Shown here: positions 47,999-57,590 of the stretch, in pieces | How the letters are laid out: the number at the start of each line of letters is the position of its first letter | How positions within the stretch are numbered: position 1 is the stretch's first letter | Assembly: GCA_022450595.1 (NCBI GenBank) | Contig: JAKUPT010000009.1 | Span: 1-61,783 of the forward strand | Direction: 5' to 3' | DNA length: 61,783 nt | From: Bdellovibrionales bacterium | Lineage (GTDB): Bacteria; Bdellovibrionota; Bdellovibrionia; Bdellovibrionales; UBA1609 | The notes under the pieces: generated by a model | The model's input: the letters and a program-made list of their open reading frames with translations, nothing else | Databases searched by the model: none | What the model was told of the DNA's origin: nothing | Translations under genes and position numbers: made by a program

Positions 47999-48697
47999 TT
48001 ATTTTTTAGGAAAAACAGACATTAAGTGCTCGTAACCAATGCTGACGAGCATTTTATGGACAATCTTAGTGTCTTCAATACGTAATTTCTCTGAAACCTC
48101 ATCGATGAGTTTTAAAATCTCAGGATCCTCTTTATAAGTCTCACCGGTCTTTTCAGTTTCAGCCTCTTTATCTTCAAAGGCCTTTGAAAAGCTTCCTGGT
48201 GGAAACAGATTTTGAATGCTTTTGGTGGCCACAATTGAGGGGTCTGGCTCTTGCTTTTTTTGAGGCTCAGCCCTTTGTGGCTCAGGAGTGGGCTCAACAG
48301 GCGCTTTGAATTTGTCAGGCACAGGTGGGAACTCCACTTTGCGGTAAGCTGTAATGCTTTCATCGGCCGTGCTTCGGTCAGCCGCTACTGGAGCTGAAGG
48401 CTGCTGTGGCTGTTGGGGTTGAGGCTTCACTGTTGAAGGCTGTAGTTCCGGCTTTTTGGTGGCTTGAGGGGAAAGCTCCAGCTGCCCCGGCAGGTCACTG
48501 GCCATAGATTTTAATTCTGTTTTGAACTGGGCTGTTTTTTCTTCTCTTTTGTGTCGAAGTGACTGTAAATACAATGAGACCAAAGCGTCAGCGGTTTGAG
48601 CTTGGGCTTTAGTTTCTTCGTTTTGATCCTTGAGCCAACTATAGGCTTTGGCCAAAACTTCTCTGGTGTATGCTTGTGGCGGTGTCATTCGATTCAT
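47999..48697 (-). CDS. Hypothetical protein: helical N- and C-termini with a Pro/Gln-rich linker
   Basis: 232-aa ORF; PPQAYTREVLAKAYSWL N-terminus; low-complexity middle; MLVSIGYE C-terminal helix. Confidence 0.75.
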   Translation of the reverse strand: MNRMTPPQAYTREVLAKAYSWLKDQNEETKAQAQTADALVSLYLQSLRHKREEKTAQFKTELKSMASDLPGQLELSPQATKKPELQPSTVKPQPQQPQQPSAPVAADRSTADESITAYRKVEFPPVPDKFKAPVEPTPEPQRAEPQKKQEPDPSIVATKSIQNLFPPGSFSKAFEDKEAETEKTGETYKEDPEILKLIDEVSEKLRIEDTKIVHKMLVSIGYEHLMSVFPKK

Positions 48698-48769
48698 AAG
48701 AACTCAAAAATCTACTATTTCAAAAAAGGGGTTGTCCAGCGCGAATCCAAAAAAATAACGGGGCCCAAG

Positions 48770-50242
48770 TCAGTTCGAGCCCGTATAATCTTTTGCGTTA
48801 ATATTGTACTTTTCCATTTTTCTAAGGAGCGTTTTTTTCGGGATGTTAGCATGCAGTGCCGTTTGGTTCACTCGGCCCTTAAATGTCTTTAAAGCTTTAA
48901 TAATAAATTCTTTTTCAAACATCTCTTTTTGCTTGCTAAAATCCAAATCATCTTCAGCAATTTGGTTTAAGTTAAATAAACCAGACTCATCCTCAAGCCC
49001 TTCTTGAGAGTTTGAGGTGAGCTCTTCCGTTTCTGGTTGAGGGGCCACAGGGGAGTGGCTAAGCTCAACTCCTAGTTGTGAAAGAATTTTTTCTGGCAAG
49101 CTTTTGATTTGAATATTAGAGGTTTCCTCTAAAATAAAAGCATGTTCAATCACATTTTCAAGTTCACGAATGTTACCGGGCCAATCATAACGCTTAAGTA
49201 GCTGTAAAGCATCTGGTGCCATACCTAAAATCTTACGATCTTGTTTGTCGTTAAACTTTTTAATAAAGTGTTGAATCATGTTTTTAAGATCCTCTTTTCT
49301 TTCATCAAGTGATGGTAAAAATATAGGCATCACATTCAGTCGGTAATATAGATCTTCACGGAATTCGTTGTTTTTTATCATCTCCTCTAAGGGGCGATTG
49401 GTCGCGGCCACAATACGAACATTGGCCTCAATCTCTCTGTTAGACCCTACAGGTGTAAAAACTTTTTCTTGTAACACTCTTAAGAGTTTAACTTGAGCCA
49501 TTAAAGGCAGATCCCCTAACTCGTCTAAAAACAAGGTGCCGCCCTCAGCATATTGAAATTTACCAATCTTTCTTTGGTCGGCTCCGGTAAATGCGCCCTT
49601 TTCGTGTCCAAATAGCTCACTTTCAAACAAGTTCTCTGGAATGGCAGAGCAGTTGATGGCCACAAAATGGCCAGATTTGTGACTGGAGTTGGAGTGAATG
49701 GCTCTGGCAATTAATTCTTTCCCCGTTCCGCTGGCTCCTCTGACTAATACAGGAGTGTCGACTTTTGATAAGCGGTTGATAATATTAAACACCTTTTTCA
49801 TTTGTAGGGTGTTGCCAATAATTTTTCTCCCATTGTCCATCAATACAGGAGCAGATACAGCCACATCTGAGATCAGATTTTGTGCATCGATGGCCTGTTG
49901 AATAAGTTCGGTTAAAGCTTCAGCCTTAATGGGTTTTGACAAATAGTTATAGGCCCCTTCTTTAACAGCCAGTACAGCGTCATCAATGGTTGCAAAGGCG
50001 GTCATAATAATAACAATCACAGAAGGGTCGTGGGCTTTGATCTCTTTTAAAGCTTCAAGGCCTGACATACGTGGCATATCTACATCAAGTAGCACTAGGC
50101 CGTAGTCATTGTCTTTGACCTTTTCAACGGCATCGACTCCGTCAAAGGCTTCGTCAATATCTAAGTAGCCCGTTTCGGATAATGTGGACTTTACACTCAG
50201 TCTTAAGCTAGAGTCATCGTCTACAACAAGCACTTTAAACAT
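48770..50242 (-). CDS. Sigma54-dependent response regulator (NtrC family)
   Basis: [41 protein letters not shown] and a C-terminal HTH. Confidence 0.95.
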   Translation of the reverse strand: MFKVLVVDDDSSLRLSVKSTLSETGYLDIDEAFDGVDAVEKVKDNDYGLVLLDVDMPRMSGLEALKEIKAHDPSVIVIIMTAFATIDDAVLAVKEGAYNYLSKPIKAEALTELIQQAIDAQNLISDVAVSAPVLMDNGRKIIGNTLQMKKVFNIINRLSKVDTPVLVRGASGTGKELIARAIHSNSSHKSGHFVAINCSAIPENLFESELFGHEKGAFTGADQRKIGKFQYAEGGTLFLDELGDLPLMAQVKLLRVLQEKVFTPVGSNREIEANVRIVAATNRPLEEMIKNNEFREDLYYRLNVMPIFLPSLDERKEDLKNMIQHFIKKFNDKQDRKILGMAPDALQLLKRYDWPGNIRELENVIEHAFILEETSNIQIKSLPEKILSQLGVELSHSPVAPQPETEELTSNSQEGLEDESGLFNLNQIAEDDLDFSKQKEMFEKEFIIKALKTFKGRVNQTALHANIPKKTLLRKMEKYNINAKDYTGSN

Positions 50243-52109
50243 TTAATTCTCCTTTGATAGAATTGTTTGTTTGAATTTCTAAATGAGTAGGTATTCTTAC
50301 CACAAATGTTGAACCTAAGCCTTCAGAGCTTTCTACATAAATCTCGCCTTTATGAAGTCCCACAAAGTATTTAGTTAAATACAGGCCAAGTCCAGTTCCT
50401 GCAATCTTTGATGAGGAAGCACTCTTGCTTCTGTAAAATCGATCAAAAATTAATTTACTCTCTTGTTCTGGGATGCCCATTCCTTGATCGGCCACCTGAA
50501 TCACCACATAGCCATCAATTTCTTCTGTGGTTACCAAAACCTTGGTGTTTTCAGGGCTATATTTAATGGCGTTTTCAACCAAGTTAGTAAACACCTGCTT
50601 TAAAAGGTGCGGGTCGACTTTTATGCTAAATAATGGTTCAAGCTCTGCAATGATTTTAATGCCCTTTTCTTTGGCTAAGTACTCTGATTGCTGAATAACC
50701 TGTTTGATCAGGTCATTGATATCTTTGGATTGCAGGTGAAGTTTAACTTCGTTACTTTCAATACGGCTTAAATCTAAAATCGACTCCACAAACAAAGAAA
50801 GCTCTTCGCTAGATTTGGAAATATTTTTTAAAGCCGTTTGCTGCTCAGGAGTTGACCCCTCATGCCTGAGTGCCATCTCGGTCATTCCATGAATGCGGGC
50901 CAGAGGTGTTTTTAAATCATGAGACATCATTCTTAAAAAGTTAGTTTTAAGCTCTTCCACTTCGCTGAGAACTTTGTTGTGCTGAAAGTACTCCCAGCTT
51001 TTTTTGTTTTCCATAATTAATCTGTAGGGAATAAAAAAGTAGTAACAAATAAATATGGTTAAAAGAGGGGCTGCCATATTTAACCAGTAATCAAAAAACT
51101 GAAAACTCATCCAGCTTAATGTGACGTAGGCACTTAAGGTGATAATTAAAATCATCAGTCCTTTAGACGGTCGGGTTCTAAACACAGCGTAAATAGTAAT
51201 TAGGGCAATTAGTGCATTTAAAATAATATTGATCCAAAATTGTGCACGAATAGGGGAGTTGTTTTGGATCAATGTTTCAATAATATTGGCGTGCACTTCC
51301 ATGTTTGACATGGCAATAATGTCTCTTGAAAAAGGGGTCATTTTATAGTCACCGGCATGCACCAGGGTGTCTCGGCCGACAAGTATTATTTTGTCTCTTA
51401 AAGCTCCGGGGTTAAACTTATTATCCACCACATCTTTAAATGACAAAGGCTTATAGGTTCCGGTTTTTCGGAAATTAATATAACTTTGTTGCGAGTTTAA
51501 AAACTGAAACTGGCCTTGATAGTTATCAACTTTTTTAACCTCATTGAAATGACTGGCAGCAGTTTCATGAATCATCGGAGTGTTAAGGTAAGAGAGTATG
51601 AGTCTTCGGGTCACACCATCTCGAGCAAAAGTGCTTCTGTCATGAGTTAGTAGAGCCATGTGAGCTTTTATTCCGTCCAAAGGTGGCTTGAAAAACAATT
51701 CACTTTCTTGCCCTTTACCAATAATTTCACTAGTGGTGGCGACAAAATAAGGAGTTTGTTTGGCTATGTCGGCAAAGTGTTTAAGCTCTGTTAGGCCACC
51801 CTCCAGATTATTCAAATCTAAAAGATAAATAATCATTTTAGGTTCAGCCATTTTTAACTTATTTAAAAACTCTGAATGTATTGAAGCCCCAGGTTCACCC
51901 TTGTATTTTAAAACCGTGGGGTTATCTATAGCCACAGTTTGAATATGCCCAGATACTTCTGGTTGGATTTTTATGCGAGTTCGAAAATCATAGGTCCAAT
52001 GCTCAAGATACTCGAGATCAATAAAGGAAATACCAATTGCAATGGCCATTGCAATCATGATTCTGATCAATACAAATATATTCTTTTTTGACGTTACAAT
52101 TGATTTCAA
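50235..52109 (-). CDS. CHASE2-domain membrane sensor histidine kinase
   Basis: N-terminal TM, DGVTRR, DKIILVG...D...TP...EVHAN, three TMs, SHDLKTPL, NLVENAIKYS and GTGLGL; TTG start at 52109 with a GGGGTG RBS. Confidence 0.92.
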   Translation of the reverse strand: MKSIVTSKKNIFVLIRIMIAMAIAIGISFIDLEYLEHWTYDFRTRIKIQPEVSGHIQTVAIDNPTVLKYKGEPGASIHSEFLNKLKMAEPKMIIYLLDLNNLEGGLTELKHFADIAKQTPYFVATTSEIIGKGQESELFFKPPLDGIKAHMALLTHDRSTFARDGVTRRLILSYLNTPMIHETAASHFNEVKKVDNYQGQFQFLNSQQSYINFRKTGTYKPLSFKDVVDNKFNPGALRDKIILVGRDTLVHAGDYKMTPFSRDIIAMSNMEVHANIIETLIQNNSPIRAQFWINIILNALIALITIYAVFRTRPSKGLMILIITLSAYVTLSWMSFQFFDYWLNMAAPLLTIFICYYFFIPYRLIMENKKSWEYFQHNKVLSEVEELKTNFLRMMSHDLKTPLARIHGMTEMALRHEGSTPEQQTALKNISKSSEELSLFVESILDLSRIESNEVKLHLQSKDINDLIKQVIQQSEYLAKEKGIKIIAELEPLFSIKVDPHLLKQVFTNLVENAIKYSPENTKVLVTTEEIDGYVVIQVADQGMGIPEQESKLIFDRFYRSKSASSSKIAGTGLGLYLTKYFVGLHKGEIYVESSEGLGSTFVVRIPTHLEIQTNNSIKGELNV

Positions 52110-52301
52110 AAATACACCCCATATACCCCGAAACTGTTGGAAATAATGGCACACAGAGGTAGGGATTTCCAGATAAAATCGGTGTCCTAATGACACCGTA
52201 AACTTTTTATAGGCTAAATATAAGAATCTATTGTAATAGATTTAATCTGTCGGTTAGGAGAGAAGTTTTTCCATAACAGTTTGTTTACACTCGTGTAAAA
52301 A

Positions 52302-54539
52302 TTACTGCTTAAAGATCAAATTAAAACTCTCAGGCTCTTTGTCTAAAACAACCTCAGGAAGCTCTGACTTTGCCTCCACCTCTAAGAGTTCAACCCCTTC
52401 GGGCCAAATAAAGTCTTTCACAGGAAGGCTTCTGTGTTGGGCTTTCATAAACTCCGTCCAAATCGGAAGTGCCCCGCTGGCCCCGGTTAGGCCGTGAGGA
52501 GTGTTGTCATCATAGCCCACCCAAACAACAGTGATATATTGTGGGGTGAGCCCTACAAACCAAGCGTCTTTAAAATCACTAGTAGTTCCTGTTTTGCCCG
52601 CTGCGGGTCTGCTAAAGCCCAGCCTTCGAGCCAACTGGCCAGTTCCATTGTCTACGGTATTTTTTAAAATTCCTAAGATTACGGCGGCATTTTGTGAACT
52701 CACAAGTTGCTCACTTTGGTTTTTGAAATGGTAAATCAATTGGTCTTCTAAGTTCGTCACTTTTTTTATGATGTGTGTTTTTTTAGAATTTCCCATGCGA
52801 CCAAGATTTAAGTAGGCCTGCAGCACTTCCATAGCTCCCACCTCAAAAGCGCCTAAAGTAATAGAAGGATAAGGCTTAAGCTCTGACTCAATTCCCATGC
52901 GTTTGGCCACGTCTATAACAGAGCTCAGTCCAATGCTGATTCCCAGTTTTGCGGTGGGAATGTTCATTGAATTTTTGAGTGCATAAAATAGAGGAACGGG
53001 GCCTAGTTGAGTTTTGCTGTAGTTTTCTGGCGACCAGCTTTGTCCTTCATATTCATAAGTAAAAGTCTTATCTTCGATGGAACTTAAAGGGGTGTACGGC
53101 TGTCCGTTTTCATTAAGACTTTCCATGGCCGCTAAATATGTAAAGGGTTTCATGATAGAGCCAATTTGCCTACGGCTATCAATAGCTCTGTTATACTGTG
53201 ATTTTTTAAAATTGCGTCCACCGACAAGGGCTGTAATTCCTCCAGTCTTCAAATTTGCCGAAATAAGCAGTCCTTGTAGAACTTTTCCCTCTTTGGCTTT
53301 GTCTTTTAAAGACTTCCACTGACTCTCAAGTTGGTTCAGTCCATTTTCTAAGCTGTCTTGAGCTTGATTTTGAGAAAAGGTGTTTAATTGTGTGTAAACC
53401 TTTAAGCCGTTATTTTGATCTATGCCTAGTTTTTCAAGTTCTGAATAGACAGCATCCACATAATAAGGAGCGGGCTCAATAAGCTCTGTTTTTTTGTTTT
53501 TAGGAAGTGGCTGAGTTTGAGCTTTGTTTTTTCGATCCGCATTGATCATTTGATTGGTGAACATATCAGATAAAACTTTATTGCGGCGACTAAGAGCATT
53601 CTCCGGTTTACGAAAAGGATTGTAACGCCCCGGACTGTTGATAATTGCTGCAAGCAAAGCGCACTCTTCTAAATTAAGCTGGCTCAATGACTTATCAAAA
53701 TAAAACTGGCTTGCGGCCCCAAAACCTCTGACTTGAAAGGGTCCATTTTGTCCCATATAAATCACATTTAAGTAGGCCTCTAGAATTTGATCTTTATCCA
53801 CCTGAGCCTCAAGAATAATAGACATAAACATTTCAATAAACTTACGCTTGAATGTTCTTTCGGGGGTAAGAAAGTAATTTTTGACCAACTGTTGGGTGAT
53901 AGTGCTCCCGCCTTGAGCCACTCGGCCGGAAAGTAAGTTTTTAACAGCAGCTCGGGCTATACCTAAGGGGCTGACGCCTTTGTGATCTAAAAAGCCGGAG
54001 TCTTCAATAGCTGTCACCGCTTGTAGGCAGTAAAGTGGAGTTTCGCTAATGGGAGTGAAGTTTCTTAATATCGGTTTGCCATCATAAAATTGAGCAAACA
54101 GTTCGGGCTTTAGATCCAACCTATCAATCATGTCATCTTGTTTTTGGCTGTAAATATTTAAAACTTCATAGTTTTTATCAAACAATATCAGATGGTAGCC
54201 AAGTTCGGAGTGCCGAAGCTGCAAGCAATGAGAGGAAGTGAACTGTTGATTGCAAAACTCGTCACTGCCCCAATTAAAATCCCCAGAACGCAAGGTTTGC
54301 TCAGAATTTCTTAAACGAAACTGACTTTCTTTAAGCATACTATCGATTTCAGCACGGCTGTAAGAATTGCTTTTTAAAATACTGTTTGGGGCTGCATAAA
54401 CTTCGACGGGAGGTAAAAACCAACCTTGCTCCAAACGAGTTTCAATTTGTGATTTGAGTGAGAATATAAAAAAAATGAGAGCTGCCAATAAAGCAAACAA
54501 GAGAGCTATAAAAATAGATATCGTTTTTTTTTGTATCAT
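52302..54539 (-). CDS. mrcB: Class A penicillin-binding protein (PBP1B-like)
   Basis: AIED..F..H.G, QGGSTITQQLVKN, RK..E, SIMK (SxxK), SMN (SxN) and GKTGT. Confidence 0.9.
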   Translation of the reverse strand: MIQKKTISIFIALLFALLAALIFFIFSLKSQIETRLEQGWFLPPVEVYAAPNSILKSNSYSRAEIDSMLKESQFRLRNSEQTLRSGDFNWGSDEFCNQQFTSSHCLQLRHSELGYHLILFDKNYEVLNIYSQKQDDMIDRLDLKPELFAQFYDGKPILRNFTPISETPLYCLQAVTAIEDSGFLDHKGVSPLGIARAAVKNLLSGRVAQGGSTITQQLVKNYFLTPERTFKRKFIEMFMSIILEAQVDKDQILEAYLNVIYMGQNGPFQVRGFGAASQFYFDKSLSQLNLEECALLAAIINSPGRYNPFRKPENALSRRNKVLSDMFTNQMINADRKNKAQTQPLPKNKKTELIEPAPYYVDAVYSELEKLGIDQNNGLKVYTQLNTFSQNQAQDSLENGLNQLESQWKSLKDKAKEGKVLQGLLISANLKTGGITALVGGRNFKKSQYNRAIDSRRQIGSIMKPFTYLAAMESLNENGQPYTPLSSIEDKTFTYEYEGQSWSPENYSKTQLGPVPLFYALKNSMNIPTAKLGISIGLSSVIDVAKRMGIESELKPYPSITLGAFEVGAMEVLQAYLNLGRMGNSKKTHIIKKVTNLEDQLIYHFKNQSEQLVSSQNAAVILGILKNTVDNGTGQLARRLGFSRPAAGKTGTTSDFKDAWFVGLTPQYITVVWVGYDDNTPHGLTGASGALPIWTEFMKAQHRSLPVKDFIWPEGVELLEVEAKSELPEVVLDKEPESFNLIFKQ

Positions 54540-54579
54540 CTGGCTTGACTTTAAGCCCAAGACTTCGTTTAGTCAAAGT

Positions 54580-54858
54580 ATGAAAGTCACAGACAAGCAA
54601 ATCAAAAGAATGTCCGAACTTATTTTTCAAGAACTCAAACAACAAAACATTGTGCAGTTTAAGGCCGACGAATCAAAAGTCTTAGCTCGTGCCTCAGAAA
54701 TCATCAAAGCCAATTTTAATCAAGAAAAGGCTTTGGATGAAGAAGTGCATAAAATGATGGATCAACTGGAAGGGCAACACCCAGGAGAGTTTGAGCGTTA
54801 CAAAATGTTTCCGTTGTTAAAAAAGAAACTGGCAAAAGAAAAGGGATTTATTTTATGA
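54580..54858 (+). CDS. DUF507-family protein
   Basis: EKALDEEV...MF.LLKKKLAKEKGFIL C-terminal signature; ATG 54580 without a Shine-Dalgarno. Confidence 0.78.
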   Translation: MKVTDKQIKRMSELIFQELKQQNIVQFKADESKVLARASEIIKANFNQEKALDEEVHKMMDQLEGQHPGEFERYKMFPLLKKKLAKEKGFIL

Positions 54859-55127
54859 TTTCAGAAGATCGTTTAAATCATTTGGCCTTTTTAGTGACCG
54901 ATGGCGTGTGGAAAGATGATCTTGTGGATTATGAAGATGATGATCGTGCTGTCAGAGCTGCCAAACAAGCCATGGCTAAGTTCGCTAAAGAATGTGATGA
55001 CATTGATAAGGCCGCTAGAAATACAATTACTTCATTGAAAAGAAATGTGGTTGAAGGATCACCTGAGTGGGATATATTGTACACAAAATATTTTGAACAG
55101 GAGATGAGTCGTCGTGGCAACAACTAA
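54855..55127 (+). CDS. DUF507-family protein (second paralog)
   Basis: ISEDRLNHLA and ITSLKRNVVEGSPEWDILY.KYFEQE; ATGA overlap with the previous gene. Confidence 0.8.
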   Translation: MISEDRLNHLAFLVTDGVWKDDLVDYEDDDRAVRAAKQAMAKFAKECDDIDKAARNTITSLKRNVVEGSPEWDILYTKYFEQEMSRRGNN

Positions 55128-55977
55128 AAAGAAAAGCAAAAAAAAATCTGCAGTGAAAAAAAAGACAGCTAAAAAAAAGTCTGCTGTGAAAAAGAAATCA
55201 GCGACAAAAAAAGCCACTAAAAAGAAAGTGACTAAAACCAAAGCTTCGAAGAAAAAAACAACTAAGAAAAAAGCTGCTAAAAAAGTAAGCAAGAAAAAGG
55301 CTGTCACTAAAAAGAAGTCCTCTAAAAAAGCAGCTAAAAAAGTTTCAAAGAAAAAAGCAACCAAGAAAAAGCTGGCTAAAAAGAAAAGCACAAAGAAAGT
55401 GACTAAAAAGAAGGCCACTGCGAAAAAATCCACAAAGAAAAAGGCGGTTAAAAAGGCCACCAAAAAGAAAAGTGCTAAAAAACCAGCCAAAAAGTCGACA
55501 AAAAAGTCAGCAGCAAAGAAAAGACCAGCCCCAAAGAAGAAGGCGACTAAAAAAGCAACGCCTAAAAAGTCTTTAGCGACTAAAAAAACAGTGAGTAATA
55601 AAAAAAGCACTGTAAAACCTAAAAAAAGTTCTTTAAAACAAAAAACTCAACCTAAAAAAATGTCTGCAAAGATCAAATTGGCAGACTTTTTTCAACCTTT
55701 AGAAAATCGTGTGCTGCTAAAAAAGGTCAAAGCTGAACGTGTTACAAGTGTTGGTATTGTTTTGCCTGAAAGTTATGCAGATCAAAGTCTTCCAAAGGCT
55801 CAGGTGCTTAGTGTTGGTCGTGGCCGTATCACTAAAAAAGGTAAACTGTTGCCAACAGATGTAAAAGTTGGCGATGAAGTTTTAATCAACAAGTTTGCCG
55901 GCGAAGAGATCGAAATGTTGGGCGAAAAAGTGATGATTGTTCGTGAAGACGAAATCATCGGAGTTGTTGTATCTTAA
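55114..55977 (+). CDS. groES: Co-chaperonin GroES with an N-terminal histone-H1-like Lys/Ala-rich extension
   Basis: C-terminal FQPLENRVLLK...TSVGIVLPE...VLSVGRG...VKVGDEVL...VREDEIIGVV; the N-terminal ~180 aa are KKKATKK-type repeats in the same frame. Confidence 0.85.
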   Translation: MATTKKKSKKKSAVKKKTAKKKSAVKKKSATKKATKKKVTKTKASKKKTTKKKAAKKVSKKKAVTKKKSSKKAAKKVSKKKATKKKLAKKKSTKKVTKKKATAKKSTKKKAVKKATKKKSAKKPAKKSTKKSAAKKRPAPKKKATKKATPKKSLATKKTVSNKKSTVKPKKSSLKQKTQPKKMSAKIKLADFFQPLENRVLLKKVKAERVTSVGIVLPESYADQSLPKAQVLSVGRGRITKKGKLLPTDVKVGDEVLINKFAGEEIEMLGEKVMIVREDEIIGVVVS

Positions 55978-55985
55978 ATATAGTG

Positions 55986-56014
55986 TTGACCTTTTACCTT
56001 AGTCTAGTTTCAAT
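55986..56014 (+). promoter_or_regulatory. Candidate sigma70 promoter
   Basis: TTGACC-N17-TTCAAT upstream of the beta-barrel gene. Confidence 0.5.
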
Positions 56015-56047
56015 AGTATTGTAGTAATAAACCACAAAGGTGTGCGT

Positions 56048-57469
56048 ATGCGTTTATTTAAAGTTAATTTTTTACTTTTAAGTTTTTTGTTACCTCTTCA
56101 ATCTTTTGCAGGAGATATCAGTTGGTCTGGGGTTTATCGCTTTGAAGCCAACAGTATTATCAACTCAGAACTTGATAGTGATAAGAACTTTCAAAAAGAT
56201 TATGGGCTTCATCATTTAGTGTTAATGCCAAAAATGGTTTTATCAGATGGCATTTACTTAAAAGGTCGTATGCATCTATTTAATAATAATAACTCTTCAG
56301 GCAATCAGCTCGGAGCTGTTTGGGGTGGGGGAGCAAACACGGGCTCTGCAAACTCTTCGTTTGATAGCAATGCCTCTTCTGACCGCGTGTCTCCACAGAC
56401 TTTAAACATCAGCGAGCTTTATGCGAACTTTAATCATCAATTTGGTCAGTTTATTGTAGGACGAGTGCCTCTTCATTTTGGTTTAGGTATTACCTATAAC
56501 AGTGGTCATGGTTTGTTTGACCATTGGTATGATAACAGAGATATGGTCGCTTACAAATTTTATTACGGCAACCTTTCTGCTCAAATTGGCTATGCTAAGA
56601 TGGTGGAAAGCACTATTAATGCAAATGCCGATGACGTGAATGAACTTAGTCTTCATTTACAGTACGAAAACCCAGAGGCCGAGTTTGAAGCTGGCGCTTA
56701 CTATCAATTAAGAACAGCTTCAGCGAGTGCTAATGACATCGCCACTAAAACATCTACAACACCTGGTTTTGGTACAGATGGCTCAACAAATGATAGAGAA
56801 TTAGAGACTAAAGACTTTAACATTTACATGAAAAGACAACGTCAAAATTACAGTTTTGGTTTTGAAGGGGCTTTTCATAAAGGAGCTTTGGGTGTCACTG
56901 ATGGGGACACTGGAGCTGGAATTACAAGAGACGCTTTTGCATTTGCTGGAGAGTATGAGTACCACCCAATGGACTCAAACTATGCCATAGGAGCGAAGGT
57001 GGGAATGGCCACAGGTGATGACCCGGCCACAAAAGGTGACTTTGAGGGATTTTGGTTTGATCGTAACTATGATGTGGCAACACTTCTTTTTAATCATGCT
57101 TTAGGACAAGACAACTTTTTAGGTACAGCTCCGAATGGTGGCGGTGGATCTACTGATAACTCAGGTTATGATGTAGAGCAAATTAGTAATGTTATTTACT
57201 TGGCTCCTTACTACAGAAAAAAAATTGGTTCTAATTGGACCGGTGAGCTTGGTTTTGCCACAGGCTTTTTGCAACAAAAAGTGGTTTCAGGAAGTGGCTC
57301 TGATTTAGGTTATGAAATTGATTTGAGTTTGACTTACTCACCCTATGAAAGACTTCAGTGGGTGAATGAGTTTGCTTATCTTTTGCCTGGGGACGCCTTT
57401 AAAGCGGGGGGCACATATAAGGCGGACGATGCCATGGCTTTTATTTCTAAGGTCGCCATCAGCTTTTGA
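56048..57469 (+). CDS. Outer-membrane beta-barrel protein (porin-like)
   Basis: Signal peptide ending SFA, alternating aromatic beta-strands, VGRVPLHFGLG, DLGYEIDL and terminal Phe. Confidence 0.8.
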   Translation: MRLFKVNFLLLSFLLPLQSFAGDISWSGVYRFEANSIINSELDSDKNFQKDYGLHHLVLMPKMVLSDGIYLKGRMHLFNNNNSSGNQLGAVWGGGANTGSANSSFDSNASSDRVSPQTLNISELYANFNHQFGQFIVGRVPLHFGLGITYNSGHGLFDHWYDNRDMVAYKFYYGNLSAQIGYAKMVESTINANADDVNELSLHLQYENPEAEFEAGAYYQLRTASASANDIATKTSTTPGFGTDGSTNDRELETKDFNIYMKRQRQNYSFGFEGAFHKGALGVTDGDTGAGITRDAFAFAGEYEYHPMDSNYAIGAKVGMATGDDPATKGDFEGFWFDRNYDVATLLFNHALGQDNFLGTAPNGGGGSTDNSGYDVEQISNVIYLAPYYRKKIGSNWTGELGFATGFLQQKVVSGSGSDLGYEIDLSLTYSPYERLQWVNEFAYLLPGDAFKAGGTYKADDAMAFISKVAISF

Positions 57470-57546
57470 TAACATCTAAGAACACATCTAAGATTCTGCA
57501 CCTATGTATTCTTAATGAATTGCACCCAAGATGATGGCGAGCGGGG

Positions 57547-57573
57547 CCCAGGGGGAAACTCCTGGGTTTTTTT
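57547..57573 (+). terminator. Rho-independent terminator
   Basis: CCCAGGGG-GAAA-CTCCTGGG followed by T7. Confidence 0.85.
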
Positions 57574-57590
57574 ATAATTAGGAGGGGGAA

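Noticed and set aside
52284..52299. parS site
   Set aside because: TTTACACTCGTGTAAA is palindromic but does not match the TGTTTCACGTGAAACA consensus.
55059..55610. 183-aa Phe/Leu/Ala-rich ORF on the minus strand
   Set aside because: Antisense shadow of the Lys-rich codons of the GroES extension.
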